The notes under the pieces are model-generated. The model worked only from the letters and a program-made list of their open reading frames with translations. It was not told the origin of the DNA and did no database searches. A stretch of DNA of 63,287 nucleotides, the filler included, from Octopus bimaculoides (Eukaryota): the NCBI RefSeq assembly GCF_001194135.2. It is 5 parts of 5 records of this genome, joined end to end, with 100 filler letters (N's around TTAATTAATTAA, not from the genome) between each part and the next. Parts side by side here need not be neighbours in the genome. Positions count along the whole stretch, not along the records: positions 1 to 31,170 come from NC_068985.1; 4 more parts are not named here. The stretch is one strand, 5' to 3'. The translations under genes and the position numbers were made by a program. Positions 10,934 to 22,386 of this stretch are shown here, piece by piece. Position 1 is the stretch's first letter. Every line of letters begins with the position of its first letter.

Positions 10934-11743
10934 CTTTTGTTATATTTCTGCTGCTCATACCAGCCATGACGAAGGGAAATAGCCCTGAAACTCGAGTCAC
11001 CTTTATATATTTATATATTTATATATTTGATCCTTTATATTGAACACTCAATATTTCATCTACATTCAATACTTTCTTCCATGGTGCCATCCATTTTTAT
11101 TTTATTTTATTTTATATTATATATTGTATATTATATTATATATTGTATATTCCATATTCTATACCCCACATTGGTTCTGCAGGAATATAAATAAAACATA
11201 AAAAACAGACAGTGTTGGAACTCTTTTAAACTAAATAATATATATANNNNNNNNNNNNNNNNNNNNNNNNNNNNNNNNNNNNNNNNNNNNNNNNNNNNNN
11301 NNNNNNNNNNNNNNNNNNNNNNNNNNNNNNNNNNNNNNNNNNNNNNNNNNNNNNNNNNNNNNNNNNNNNNNNNNNNNNNNNNNNNNNNNNNNNNNNNNNN
11401 NNNNNNNNNNNNNNNNNNNNNNNNNNNNNNNNNNNNNNNNNNNNNNNNNNNNNNNNNNNNNNNNNNNNNNNNNNNNNNNNNNNNNNNNNNNNNNNNNNNN
11501 NNNNNNNNNNATATATATATATATATATATATATATGGATGTGTGAAGGAACAAAAGAAAGAGGTACTCAATACATTTAGTAGGAGTTACTACATATCAT
11601 TTTCTAGAACAGTTTGATTCAGCCCCGTGTGACTTAAAGTTTCCATAAGAAGCCTACAAAAACCTTAAGTTGCATGGCAACAACATTGATGATAACAATG
11701 ATGATGATGATGATGATGAAGATGATATGTTTGGTATACTTAC

Positions 11744-12124
11744 AGAAACTCTCAACACAGATTTGAATCAGTTTCTCCAAAGTGGCAGCACGGACACTAA
11801 TCCCTGGTAAGAGAGGTTTCTCCTCTTCCAAGTAATCCGAAGTAGGAATACTCGGGACAGTTTGTTCTACAGATGATGAAGATGAGGATTCAGAAGGATT
11901 TACTGGTGCCAGGCTTGTCGTCGCTGTTGTTTCAGCTCCTGTTGTGACTGTTGTGCTGGCTGGTATCGATTCTGTTGTTGGAACCATGTTATGGAGTGGG
12001 GGAGAAGGCGGAGGTGGAACTCTGGTCGGAGTAGAGTTGCAGCTTAATGAAGTGAGTTGAGGGGAACATGATGTGTTGAAGGAATGCTCACCCAACCCGA
12101 GTGGCTCATGGCGGCAAGTTACCT
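11744..12124 (-). CDS. RASGRP: RasGRP-like exon: S/T/P-rich N-terminal extension and start of the REM domain (...PGISVRAATLEKLIQICVESF)
   Basis: 381 nt, phase 1-1, ttacag acceptor and gtaagt donor, open frame. VRAATLEKLIQICVESF resembles the RasGRP REM start (human RASGRP1 GASLDDLIDSCIQSF, recalled). Confidence 0.92.
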
Positions 12125-12466
12125 CTGTAATAAATTAAAAGATAATTAAAGACAAATTAATTGTTGCTTTGAATATATACTTTTGTTAATTACATCACAG
12201 GAATTTAGAAGCTTCAAAAGACAGGAAATGATTTAAGGACAGTGCCACACAAAAATAACTGATGCTGGTACCACGTAAAAAGCACTGGTACTGGTACCAC
12301 GTAAAAAGCACCCAGTATACTCTGTAAAGCGTTTAGATATTAGGAAGGGCCTCCAGCCATAGAAACCAAGCCAAAACAGATTATGAAACCTGGTGCAACC
12401 CCTGGCCTTGCCAGCTTCTGCCAAAACATCCAACCCATGCCAGCATGGAAAACAGATGTTAAATGT

Positions 12467-12515
<49 letters not shown>

Positions 12516-12824
12516 ATGTAAAATGATCTCATTAGGAATTATTTAATTATGAAATGAAATAATTTGAGAATGGTACAGAGCGAACAATGTGAGCACAGAG
12601 TTCCAAAAGCACAAATACCACATGGCTTGATATGCTGCAAGGTCCACAAACAACAGGTGGACTTGTGCAGTTGCCAAGTGGCGTCAAAGAGATCGTAAAA
12701 GGCCACTTGGAAATCAATATGAGACAAGATGGTAAAGAATGGCACAACCAGGACAAAATTGGAAGCGCATTGTGACCAGCGGCATATAACAGCATCTGAT
12801 GGTCTGGTCGATACTGAGATATCA

Positions 12825-13220
12825 TCATCATCATAATCATCATTGTTTAACGTCTGCTTTCAATGCTAGCATGGGTTGGACGATTTTACTGAGGACTGGG
12901 CCAAAGCCAGAAGGCTGCACCAGACTCCAATCTGATCTGGCAGAGTTTCTACAGCTGGATGCCCTTGCTAATGCCAACCACTCCAAGAGTGTAGTGGATG
13001 CATTTACGTGCCACTGGCATGAGGGCCAGTCAGGCGGTACTAGCAATAGCCACGCTCAAAATGGTGTTTTTTACATGCCACCTGCACAGGAGCCAGTCCA
13101 GCAACACTGGCAATAACCTCGCTCGAATGCTTTTTCACGTGCTGGTAACGATCACGCTCAAATGGCGCTATTTACGTGTCACTAGCACGGAAGCCAGACA
13201 GCTGTGCTGGTTTGCTCTGG
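12825..13220 (-). mobile_element. Long SINE, family E, with internal repeated modules
   Basis: Shares modules with 15425-15715 and 12230-12515, both in the opposite orientation. Confidence 0.75.
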
Positions 13221-13384
13221 TAAAAATATAAAAAGCAAATGGACAACCACACTAAACAATTATCATTTTCTATAATGAAACAATGATTTGCCTGTTGGAA
13301 GTCTATATTTAACAATGCTAATATTTATAAAAATATGCAATAAAAATATTTTTTTAGATAAAACATGACAGTGATAATACTTAC

Positions 13385-13388
13385 CCAT
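13385..13388 (-). CDS. RASGRP: RasGRP-like gene, probable start codon (ATG+G) at the 3' end of a 53-nt exon (13385-13437)
   Basis: Minus strand reads tatttccag|TTTTATCAGC...TCTGACCCATGG|gtaagt. ATGG spliced to the 12124 acceptor gives ATG GAG GTA ACT (MEVT), in frame with the REM exons. An in-frame TGA ends 3 nt upstream of the ATG. Confidence 0.68.
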
Positions 13389-13437
13389 GGGTCAGATTTT
13401 GTACGATGAACTACTGAACTCAGTGCTGCTGATAAAA
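13389..13437 (-). other. 5' UTR part of the start-codon exon
   Basis: Good acceptor (catttatttccag) at 13438-13439 and a gtaagt donor at 13383-13384 bound unique sequence between repeats. Confidence 0.6.
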
Positions 13438-13639
13438 CTGGAAATAAATGGTAAAAATAAATGAAAGTCTGACAACAAACAAGAAAGAAGCAGCATATAA
13501 AATGAAAGTTTGTAATTTCATGATCTACGTATTTATAGCCATCAATCTCTACAACTAGCTTTCACTCTCTTTTACTTTGCCTCTATGCCTCTCTTTCTCT
13601 CTCTCTCTCTCCTTGTCTCTATCTCTGTCTTTCTCTCTC

Positions 13640-14165
13640 TAAATGTGTATGTGTGTGTTGTGTTGTGTGTGTGTGTGTGTATGTGTGTCTGTTGTATTTT
13701 GTGTGTGTGTTGTTTTGTGTGTATGTTGTGTTTTGTGTGTCTGTTGTATTTTGTGTGTGTTGTGTTTTGTGTGTGTGTATTTGTATTTGTAGTGTTTTGT
13801 GTGTGTGTGTGTGTTTGTGTTTGTTGTGTTTTCTGTGTGTGTGTGTGTGTGTGTGTTTGTTGTGTTTTGTGTCTTTCGTGTTTTGTGTATGTGTGTGTGT
13901 GTTTGTTGTGTTTTCTGTATGTGTGTGTGTGTTTGTTGTGTTTTCTGTGTGTGTGTGTGTGTTTGTTGTGTTTTGTGTTTGTTGTGTTGTGTGTGTGTGT
14001 GTGTGTGTGTGCTGGGTTTTGTGTGTGTATGTTGTGTTTTGTGTGTGCATGTGTGTGTGCATGTGTGTGTGTGCATGTGTGTGTGCATGTGTGTGTATGT
14101 GTGTGTGTCCATGTGTGTGTGTGTGCATGTGTACACACACACGTACTGCATGTGTGTGTGTGTGA
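13640..14165. repeat. Degenerate (TG)n/TTG mosaic tract
   Basis: Direct reading. Confidence 0.9.
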
Positions 14166-14804
14166 TCACTATTTCCTGGCAGTGAGTTGGCCTAATTCTT
14201 AGCTCACCAGATAAACTGCTTAAAAGGATTTCTTCCGGCTTGGCTTTATTTACTAAGATCAAATACAGCTGAGGTGAACTCTGACTGTATTGCTTTCAAG
14301 CTCAATGAAATAAGGACCAGTGCTGAACACTAGGGTCAACATAATCGACTCGACCCCTTCCTCACAATTTCAGGCTTTGGCGCAAAGGATTATTTTATGT
14401 CCACCATCCCATACAGGTATGGATTTGATGTGAAGTTAAAAACTATATCTCGCTTATACAAGGATAAAACATTCATATTCTTTGATATATACATATGGAA
14501 CTGTTAATAAGGACCTTTCCTTATTATTTCCTCAATCAGGGAACCACCTAATGTATATATTTCTCACTCTGATCCTTCTTTCATTTTTTGACAAATATTT
14601 TCATATTTTCTAACTCCCCTCTCTCTCTCTCTCTCTCTGATGAAGATGATGATGATGTAATCTTTAGCTCAATGTTATGATCTACATACTTGGCTATTTG
14701 CGAAACAGCTGTAAAAGACTTTATCCATTTATATTCTCAATCTAAATTAAATATTTTCAAGTGATGTCAAATGTTTTCCTATTCACTTTCTATTTTAATC
14801 TATG

Positions 14805-14985
14805 TAACGTATTTTAATGTATATAAGTAACCCCTTTTTGTTAAAAATTAGGCTGAAAAAATATGGGAATTCCTTATACATGGATAGTATTATACTCCCT
14901 TACAAAACCTTTTTCAAATTTTAAGCCCCCAAAATTAGGGAGTTCCTTATACATGAGGGTTCCTTAAACACATTAAAATACAGTA
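14805..14985. mobile_element. Short pogo/Tigger-like MITE
   Basis: taacgtattttaatgtatataagtaaccc is an imperfect inverted match to gggttccttaaacacattaaaatacagta. Confidence 0.65.
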
Positions 14986-16142
14986 TAGCACATTATCATT
15001 TAATGTCTGTTTTCCACGCTGGCATGGATTGGACGGTTCAGCTGAAGTGACATGGTGACACAAGGGACAAGAGTTTTATGCATTAGCAATTATAAAAAGT
15101 TTTTGCCAAGTGATAATGGATGAACCTTTCAGACCCTTAAATCACTCTGTTCTTTCTGCTGAATACTTATTTCAGATTTTGGCAACAAGGCCAGTAATTT
15201 CATGGGAGAAGGTAAGACGGTTAGAACAACCCCAGTGTTCAACTGGTACTTATATTATCAACCCTGAAAGGATGAAGGGCAAAGCTGACCTCATTGGTAT
15301 TTGAACTCAGAATGTGAAGACAGACGAAACACAAAATGCTGCAAAGCATTTTGCCCAGCATGCTAATGATTCTGTCATCACACCATTTTGCTTCTGCTGT
15401 ATATCAATACATATATATATATATATATATATATTTTGGAAATGTGCTGTGCGTGAGAAGACCCGGCAAGCCAAATGAGATCGTTGCCAGTGTCCCTGGA
15501 CTGGCTCTTGTGCGGGTGGCACATAAGATGTACCATCTTGAGCGTGACCGTTGCCAGTACCGCCTGACTGGCCTTTGTAGGGTTTTCGAGCGAGATCGTT
15601 GCCAGTGCCCCTGGACTGGCTCTTGTGCGGGTGGCACATAAAAGACAGCATTTCGAGCATGGCCGTTTTCGTGCGGGTGACACGTAAAAGCACCCACTAC
15701 ACTCTCTGAGTGATGATGATATATATATGGTGTGTTATGAGAATTTATGGAAAGGAATCCCATATAAACTCAACAAATTTGTTAAAAATGGAGAAAAGAT
15801 GATGTTAAAATTTGAAAGAATTTTAATACATGCATACAATTGTTTCAAACAGCAATATTAACATGTAAATGCATGGTAGAAGAATTAAAATTAATTTGAT
15901 TAAATTAAATTAATTACATATCACTGTAAGCTACCAGCAAAATCTGAAGAATGCATTTTTCATTTCATTTAGCCCACATTGCTATTGCTCTCAAAAGAAG
16001 GCATAAACATCACAACATCACAATTTATTAGTTGCTGAAACAGTTTAACTAGATCAGCCTTGACAGCAGATTATAATCAAAGTCAATCCAGCTACGACCA
16101 TTGCTTATTATCTAACGAGTCATCTCGTTATTTAAGACTGCA

Positions 16143-16360
16143 AGGCATTGAGCTGGCAGAATCGCTAGCACGCCGGGCGTAATGCTTAGCGGTATTTCAT
16201 CTGTTTTATATTCTGAGTTCAAATTCCGCCGTGGTCAACTTTGCCTTTTATCTTTTCAGGGTCGATAAATTAAGTACCAGTTACATACTAGGGTCAATCT
16301 AATCGAATAACCCCCTCCCCACCCACAAATTCAGGCCTTGTGCCTATAGTAGAAAGGATT
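16143..16360 (+). mobile_element. tRNA-derived SINE, family B (gagctggcagaatcgttagc...gagttcaaattccgccgaggtcgac)
   Basis: Recurs at ~15170(-), 18340(-), 19690(+), 21340(+), 36580(-), 39180(-), 39895(-), 44800(+) and 56660(+). Confidence 0.85.
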
Positions 16361-16779
16361 ATTTAAGATAGTGGGGCATGATTTTAAGGAGATTTGGCTG
16401 CTATTTCTAGCACATCAAGCAACCATATAGCAGCTCTCATTATTTCAAGCTCTGTAACACTCTAGACATATTTCAGGTCAAGGACCTTTGCTCATCTGCT
16501 TGCAACTGCTTGCAACTATAACAAAAATTACCCACCAACCCTTACAAAAAATACATTATTCATACCCTGCCCTGCACAATACTATAATATGGTTATCAAG
16601 AGTTTTTATTATGATTTACCATGAAATTGTTATTCAAAGGTCATATTAAATTATGGGTGTGACTTGCAAACTATTGGTCTCTCTTTCAATGAAAGAAAAA
16701 ATAATGACGTTTCTTTCACTTCATGTTCACTGCAATATTTTCTTTTTCATGTTGTATTTGTACTGATTTTTATTTATTT

Positions 16780-17020
16780 ATGCGCCCTTTTCAAGCCTAG
16801 CCAGGCTCATGGGCCCGGTTTCCCAGTTTTTATGGCGTATGTGTTACCCCACTAGCTGGACGGGACGCAGGAAGAAAGAGTGAGAGAAAGTTGGGGCGAA
16901 AGAGTACAACAGGGGTCGCCACTACCCCCTGCCAGAGCCTCGTGGAGCTTTAGGTGTTTTCACTCAATAAACACACACAACGCCCGGTCTGGGAATCGAA
17001 ACCACGATCCTCCGACGGGT
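16780..17020 (-). mobile_element. tRNA-derived SINE, family D head with a distinct 3' tail
   Basis: Reverse complement of the head at 39524-39700, but continues into a different tail; related copies at ~22780-23070 and 23080-23300. Confidence 0.75.
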
Positions 17021-17272
17021 GTAAAAATGTGTTGAAACAACTGTAGCGATTTTAAATAAAGAATATCACTCATTTCCATTCACTACCATTTATCTATTTT
17101 ATATATATATACACTCTACAGATACTATGGAATTCCTGACATATATCCAGTAGCAGGAGCACTTTTAATGTATGATAACATTAGGTAGCCAATAGCTGTG
17201 GATCAGCTTTGCCTAGTAATCCAGAAGGTTTTTACCCAAATCTTATTTAACTATATATATGACTGTATGTCT

Positions 17273-17317
<45 letters not shown>

Positions 17318-17350
17318 AAACAATATACATATATACTTATATACATATGT

Positions 17351-17389
<39 letters not shown>

Positions 17390-17699
17390 TATCAATTGGT
17401 TTGGACCTTGCTGGTTATTAGCTCAGTAACATCCAGCATATAATTGAATTGGTTAGTGGTGTATGCAGTAGGAATACTAATAAATTAATATTCCCACTTT
17501 ATCATCGAATCGCAAGGTTAATTAACGTAATCACAATCATTTAATGATATCACATATTCCACAACCCCCGTCTCCGTAGCAACATCAGCTACACATCACA
17601 TGGTAAAGAAATATAATAAACGAAAATGAATGATCAATAACAGTTTAATATGCGCATGTATTGAACTCTCATTGTCCATTCATCTCCATTTGTTATCTA

Positions 17700-17739
<40 letters not shown>

Positions 17740-18639
17740 CGCCTCTGTCTAGATATCACATGATGACTGTAAATGAGCATTATTATCATTCGAGTGAGAT
17801 TGTTCATTTCCACTCTTCTGTGAAAACCAAGTCTGGCCAAGGGAAAATGACTTGCTTGGAAGCAGATAAAGGTTGGCAACAGGAAAGGCATCCAGCTGTA
17901 GAAAATCTGCCCCAAGAAATTTCAAATGGTTCAAGGCTCTTTGATGGTCTCAGTCCATATAATAGAGAAATATCATGACTGCACGGTGAAGATTTAGGGA
18001 AATTTAGCTGTTATTTCTAGCATAGTGAATGACCACATATAGTCTTCTTTGGAACAGCAGCTCTGTTTCATCCAAGTTCACCTCACCCACTTTTAATTAC
18101 TTTTAACCACCATCAGAAGTAAACTGAACAAAGGAGAATGCATAAAATGCGCAGACTGCAACACATAAAGTGCATTGTGTTCCACAATTAGACAGAATTA
18201 GTTCTACCAGAAGCTATGGGCTTGTCACTGACATGTTGCAGTGCTTATTGGATCATGGCAGAGTACCCAGGGTACATAAATAGACTGGACAGGAAAGAGA
18301 GAGCAGGGTATCAAAATTATCACGCTATATACAGGTAAATTCTTTTCTACTCTAGGCACAAGGCCCGAAATTTAGGGGGAGGGAGCCAGTTGATTAGACC
18401 GACCCCAGTACACAACTGGTACTTGATTTATCGACCCCGAAAGGATGAAAGGCAAAGTCGACCTCGGCAGAATTTGAACTCAGAACGTAAAGACAGACAA
18501 AAATCGACCTCAGGACTTATTCTTTGCAAGCCTAGTACTTATTCCATCGGTCTCTTTTGCCAAACCTCTAAGTTACGGGGACGTAAACACACCACCATCG
18601 GTCATCAACCGATGATGGGGAACAAACACAGGCACACAA

Positions 18640-18672
<33 letters not shown>

Positions 18673-21654
18673 CAACAGGCTTCTTTCAGTTTCTGTCTAC
18701 CAAATCCACTCCCAAGGCTTTGGTTGGCCCAAGCCTATAGTAGAAGACACTTGCCCAAGATACCATGCAGTGGGACTGAACCCGGAACCATGTGGTTGGT
18801 AAGAAAGCTACTTACCACGCAGTCACTCCATCTGTCACATAATGTCAAGACAAGGAGACACAAACACCCACAAAACCCTGAACAAATGCCCACGTATCCA
18901 CAAACCCCTGAACACACACATACATACAACTGGTGTCTTTCACTTCCCATCTCTCAAATCCATTGAAAATGGCTCTGACCAACCATGCACCATAGCAGAA
19001 GACTCTTGCCCAAGGTACCATGCAGTGGAACTGAACCTGAAACTACAAGGTTCAGAAGTATACTTTTAACCACTCAATTATACCTGAGCCTCCATGTGTG
19101 CATATGTATGTGTATGTGTGTGTGTGTGTAACTAAAGAATATCTCCTTTTTTTTAAACACATTATTATATTACAAACATGTCTATTTGAAGTTCAAATCT
19201 AGTGTTTTTTATTAACAATTTTCCATATTTCCTTATTTCTCTTTAATGTTTAGATTGTAACAATAACATTACAAAATCCATTAGTCTGATGTTTAGAGAC
19301 TTTAAGAAAACTCATTTTCAAAATGTTGTTAATGGAGTGTTGTCCATTCGTTCTGCTGTTAAGACACAAACGGTCTTGGGAATATTGTTTATAACTAATA
19401 AAATCCACACCAGATTTGCAATCATATAACAGTAACTCCTGATAGATTTCATGATATCACAGTCATACTTTTATGTGAGATGTTTCAGAGAGTCTAATTC
19501 AGGTTTGTATTTTTGCCATTAGCAAAGCTTCCTTGGTTATTATCAACATTTTTTTTTTTTGCGGAATCTTATATATATTTGAATGATGGCTGATTTATTC
19601 TAAAGTAAATATGCTAATCACTGTTGTGATTCATTGTATGAGAACTTCTCTTTTATGATGAATATCTGCTCATAACACATTCGGTTCATTAAGGCAGCAA
19701 GCTGGCAGAATCGTTAGCATGCTGGGTGAAACGCATAGTGGTATTTCGTCTGTCTTTACGTTCCAAGTTCAAATTCCGTCGAGGTCGACTTTGCCTTTTA
19801 TCCTTTTCGGAGTCGATAAATTAAGTACCAGTTGCATACTGGTTCAATCTAATCGACTAGACCCCACCCCTAAAATTTTAAACCTCGTGCCCAGAGATAT
19901 TCAGCAACAGTACTTTTCTAAACCCACATGGTTGCAATAATTTTGATATATTCTAAGATTTTGTAGTTAGGGGTAGAATAAATAGTCTTTTATTTCATCT
20001 GTTGTTTTCATGATATATTCATCCATTTTCTAACCAGCAACCAGAACATTGATCACTGAGAGAAATATGAGATCTAATTTATTGGAGACTTGCAATTCAT
20101 GAAAGACTTGTGTATTTTCAGTGCTGTTTCTTCAACCACTGCTGTTGTTGCTAAGAGAAGCAAATTATCCCACTTTGTCGTACCTATTCACTGATAGGTG
20201 AACCAGGCTGTTGAAAGTTATCTGTTGCCCATGGCCACTGTATAGACAATGCTATGAATAGAAATTCAAACATCCAACCATTTAGCCTTTTGAAAATTAC
20301 CAAATAAATTCAGTTATTTATGTTTTTAAATTGCATTCAACCTAATCGGTTATTTATATACATGTTGATGCTGTTCTGTATTTAGGTAAAAAGGTAATTC
20401 TTTCCCAAATAAATTGCACTTCATATTCGAGGCTCTGATGAAGCATCAGTTGTCAAGTGATGGTGGGGGGGGNNNNNNNNNNGGGGGGGGGGGATAAACA
20501 CACACACACACATATAAATATATAGTGGGCTTCTTCCAGTTTCCTTCTACAAAATCCACACACAAGGCTTTGGTCAGCCCATAGCTATAGTAGAAGACAC
20601 TTGCCCAAGGTGTCACGCAGTGGGACTGAACCCGGAACCATGTGGTTGGGAAGCAAGTTTCTAACCACACAGCTACGCCTATGCCTATGTTTTTTTTTGT
20701 TTTTTTCACAGATATTTTCTCAGTACTTCTTGTTTGACTGCAATATATCTTTTTTTAACGACCTTCGATGTTTAACTATTTTTTTTCTCTAACATTTCAC
20801 TTTTTGCAAATGTTTTTTTTTTTTATTGGCTCTGAATTTTTGGCTCTTTTCATCAACTGGTTTATACTGTAATTTTTATTCTTGTATATTTTCCCTTTTT
20901 AGCTAAAACTTAATCCTGTGACTTTGAATAATTTCACCATATATTTCTCTAACAATCTAATGTCACAATTAAACATGAAAAATAGCTTTTTAAAAATGAC
21001 CATTATCGTTTCAAATAAGGATTATTTGAATACTATGGAAATTCCTCAGACGAAAAAAATAAATAAGAATAAATAAATAAAACATGCTTTGGGGCACATA
21101 TTCCTACAGGTGCAGGCATGGCTGTGGGGTTAAGAAGTTTGCTTTGTAGTCATGTGGTTTTGGGTTCAGTTCCACAGTGTGGCACCTGGGTAAGTGTCTC
21201 AGACCAACGAATATCTTGGGAGTGAATTCGGTAGTCAGAAATTGTGTAGAAGCTTGTTGTGTGCCTGTGGGTTTATTCAACTAATTGACTGGCCCCTCTC
21301 CAAAAATTTTGGGCTTTTTGCCTAGAGTAGAAAAGAATTGTTAGCCCGCTGGGTGAAAGGCTTAGCGGTATTTTGTCTGCTGCTAGGTTTTGAGTTCAAA
21401 TTCTGCCGAGGTCGACTTTGCTTTACATCCTTTCAGAGTTGATAAAATAAGTACCAGTTGAGTACTGAGGTCGATGTAATCAACTAGTCAGAACGTAAAG
21501 ACAGACAAAACACCGTTAAATATTTCACCCAGTGTACTAACGATTCTGCCAACTCGCCAACCTTAAGGGTGATGTTAATAATGATGGCAATGACAGCAGT
21601 GATGATGATGATGAGGAGGAGGAGGAGGAGGAGGAGGAGGGCGGCGGCGGCGGC

Positions 21655-21728
<74 letters not shown>

Positions 21729-21883
21729 TGATGATGACAACAAGTAAACGATAAAAGATGATTGATTTTCTGCGAGATACAACCAATAATCATGACTCCA
21801 CCATTGTGGAATAGTTTCAGTTTCACTATTCAACATGGGATTAAAACTTGTATCACATGTATACGATTCTGTAAAATATATGT

Positions 21884-21914
<31 letters not shown>

Positions 21915-22280
21915 GTGTTTGTGTGTGTGCGTGCATGTGTGTGTTTGTGTGTGAGCATGTGCATGTGTGTGTGTGTTTGTGTGTGTGTGTGGCTTTGTGC
22001 ATGTGTGAGAGTGTCTGTGTGTGTTTGTGTGTGTGTGTGCGTGTGTGTGTGAGTGAGTGAGTATTTATGGGTGTGTGTGCATAAGTGTGTGTGTAAATAT
22101 GTATTCAAGAGAGAGACAGACAGACAGAGACAGCAAGAGACAGAGACAAAAGATAAATATTGAAAACATAACTGTTTTCTAGATTTTAGCTATTTTTTTA
22201 ATTAAAGATTTTCCTAATTCATTAAGCAATGCATAATTTTCTAATTGTAATGGACTCCACGACACAACACGAAACAAAAT

Positions 22281-22386
22281 ATGAAAAGAAAACATTGGCA
22301 AACAACACATTCATATACAACAAGAAAACATTAGCAAACAACACATTCATATATGAAAAGAAAACATTGGCAAACAACACATACAT
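22281..22386 (+). repeat. 36-bp minisatellite, about 3 copies
   Basis: aagaaaacatt(g/a)gcaaacaacacat at 22286, 22322 and 22358. Confidence 0.85.

Noticed and set aside
11634-11743. C-terminal tail of the track ORF 11634-12095 (KYTKHIIFIIII...)
   Set aside because: Read-through past the gtaagt donor at 11742-11743 into an intronic (ATC)n repeat.
18085-18123. Possible 37-nt minus-strand micro-exon
   Set aside because: Good acceptor but several competing weak donors; such matches are common in 20 kb.
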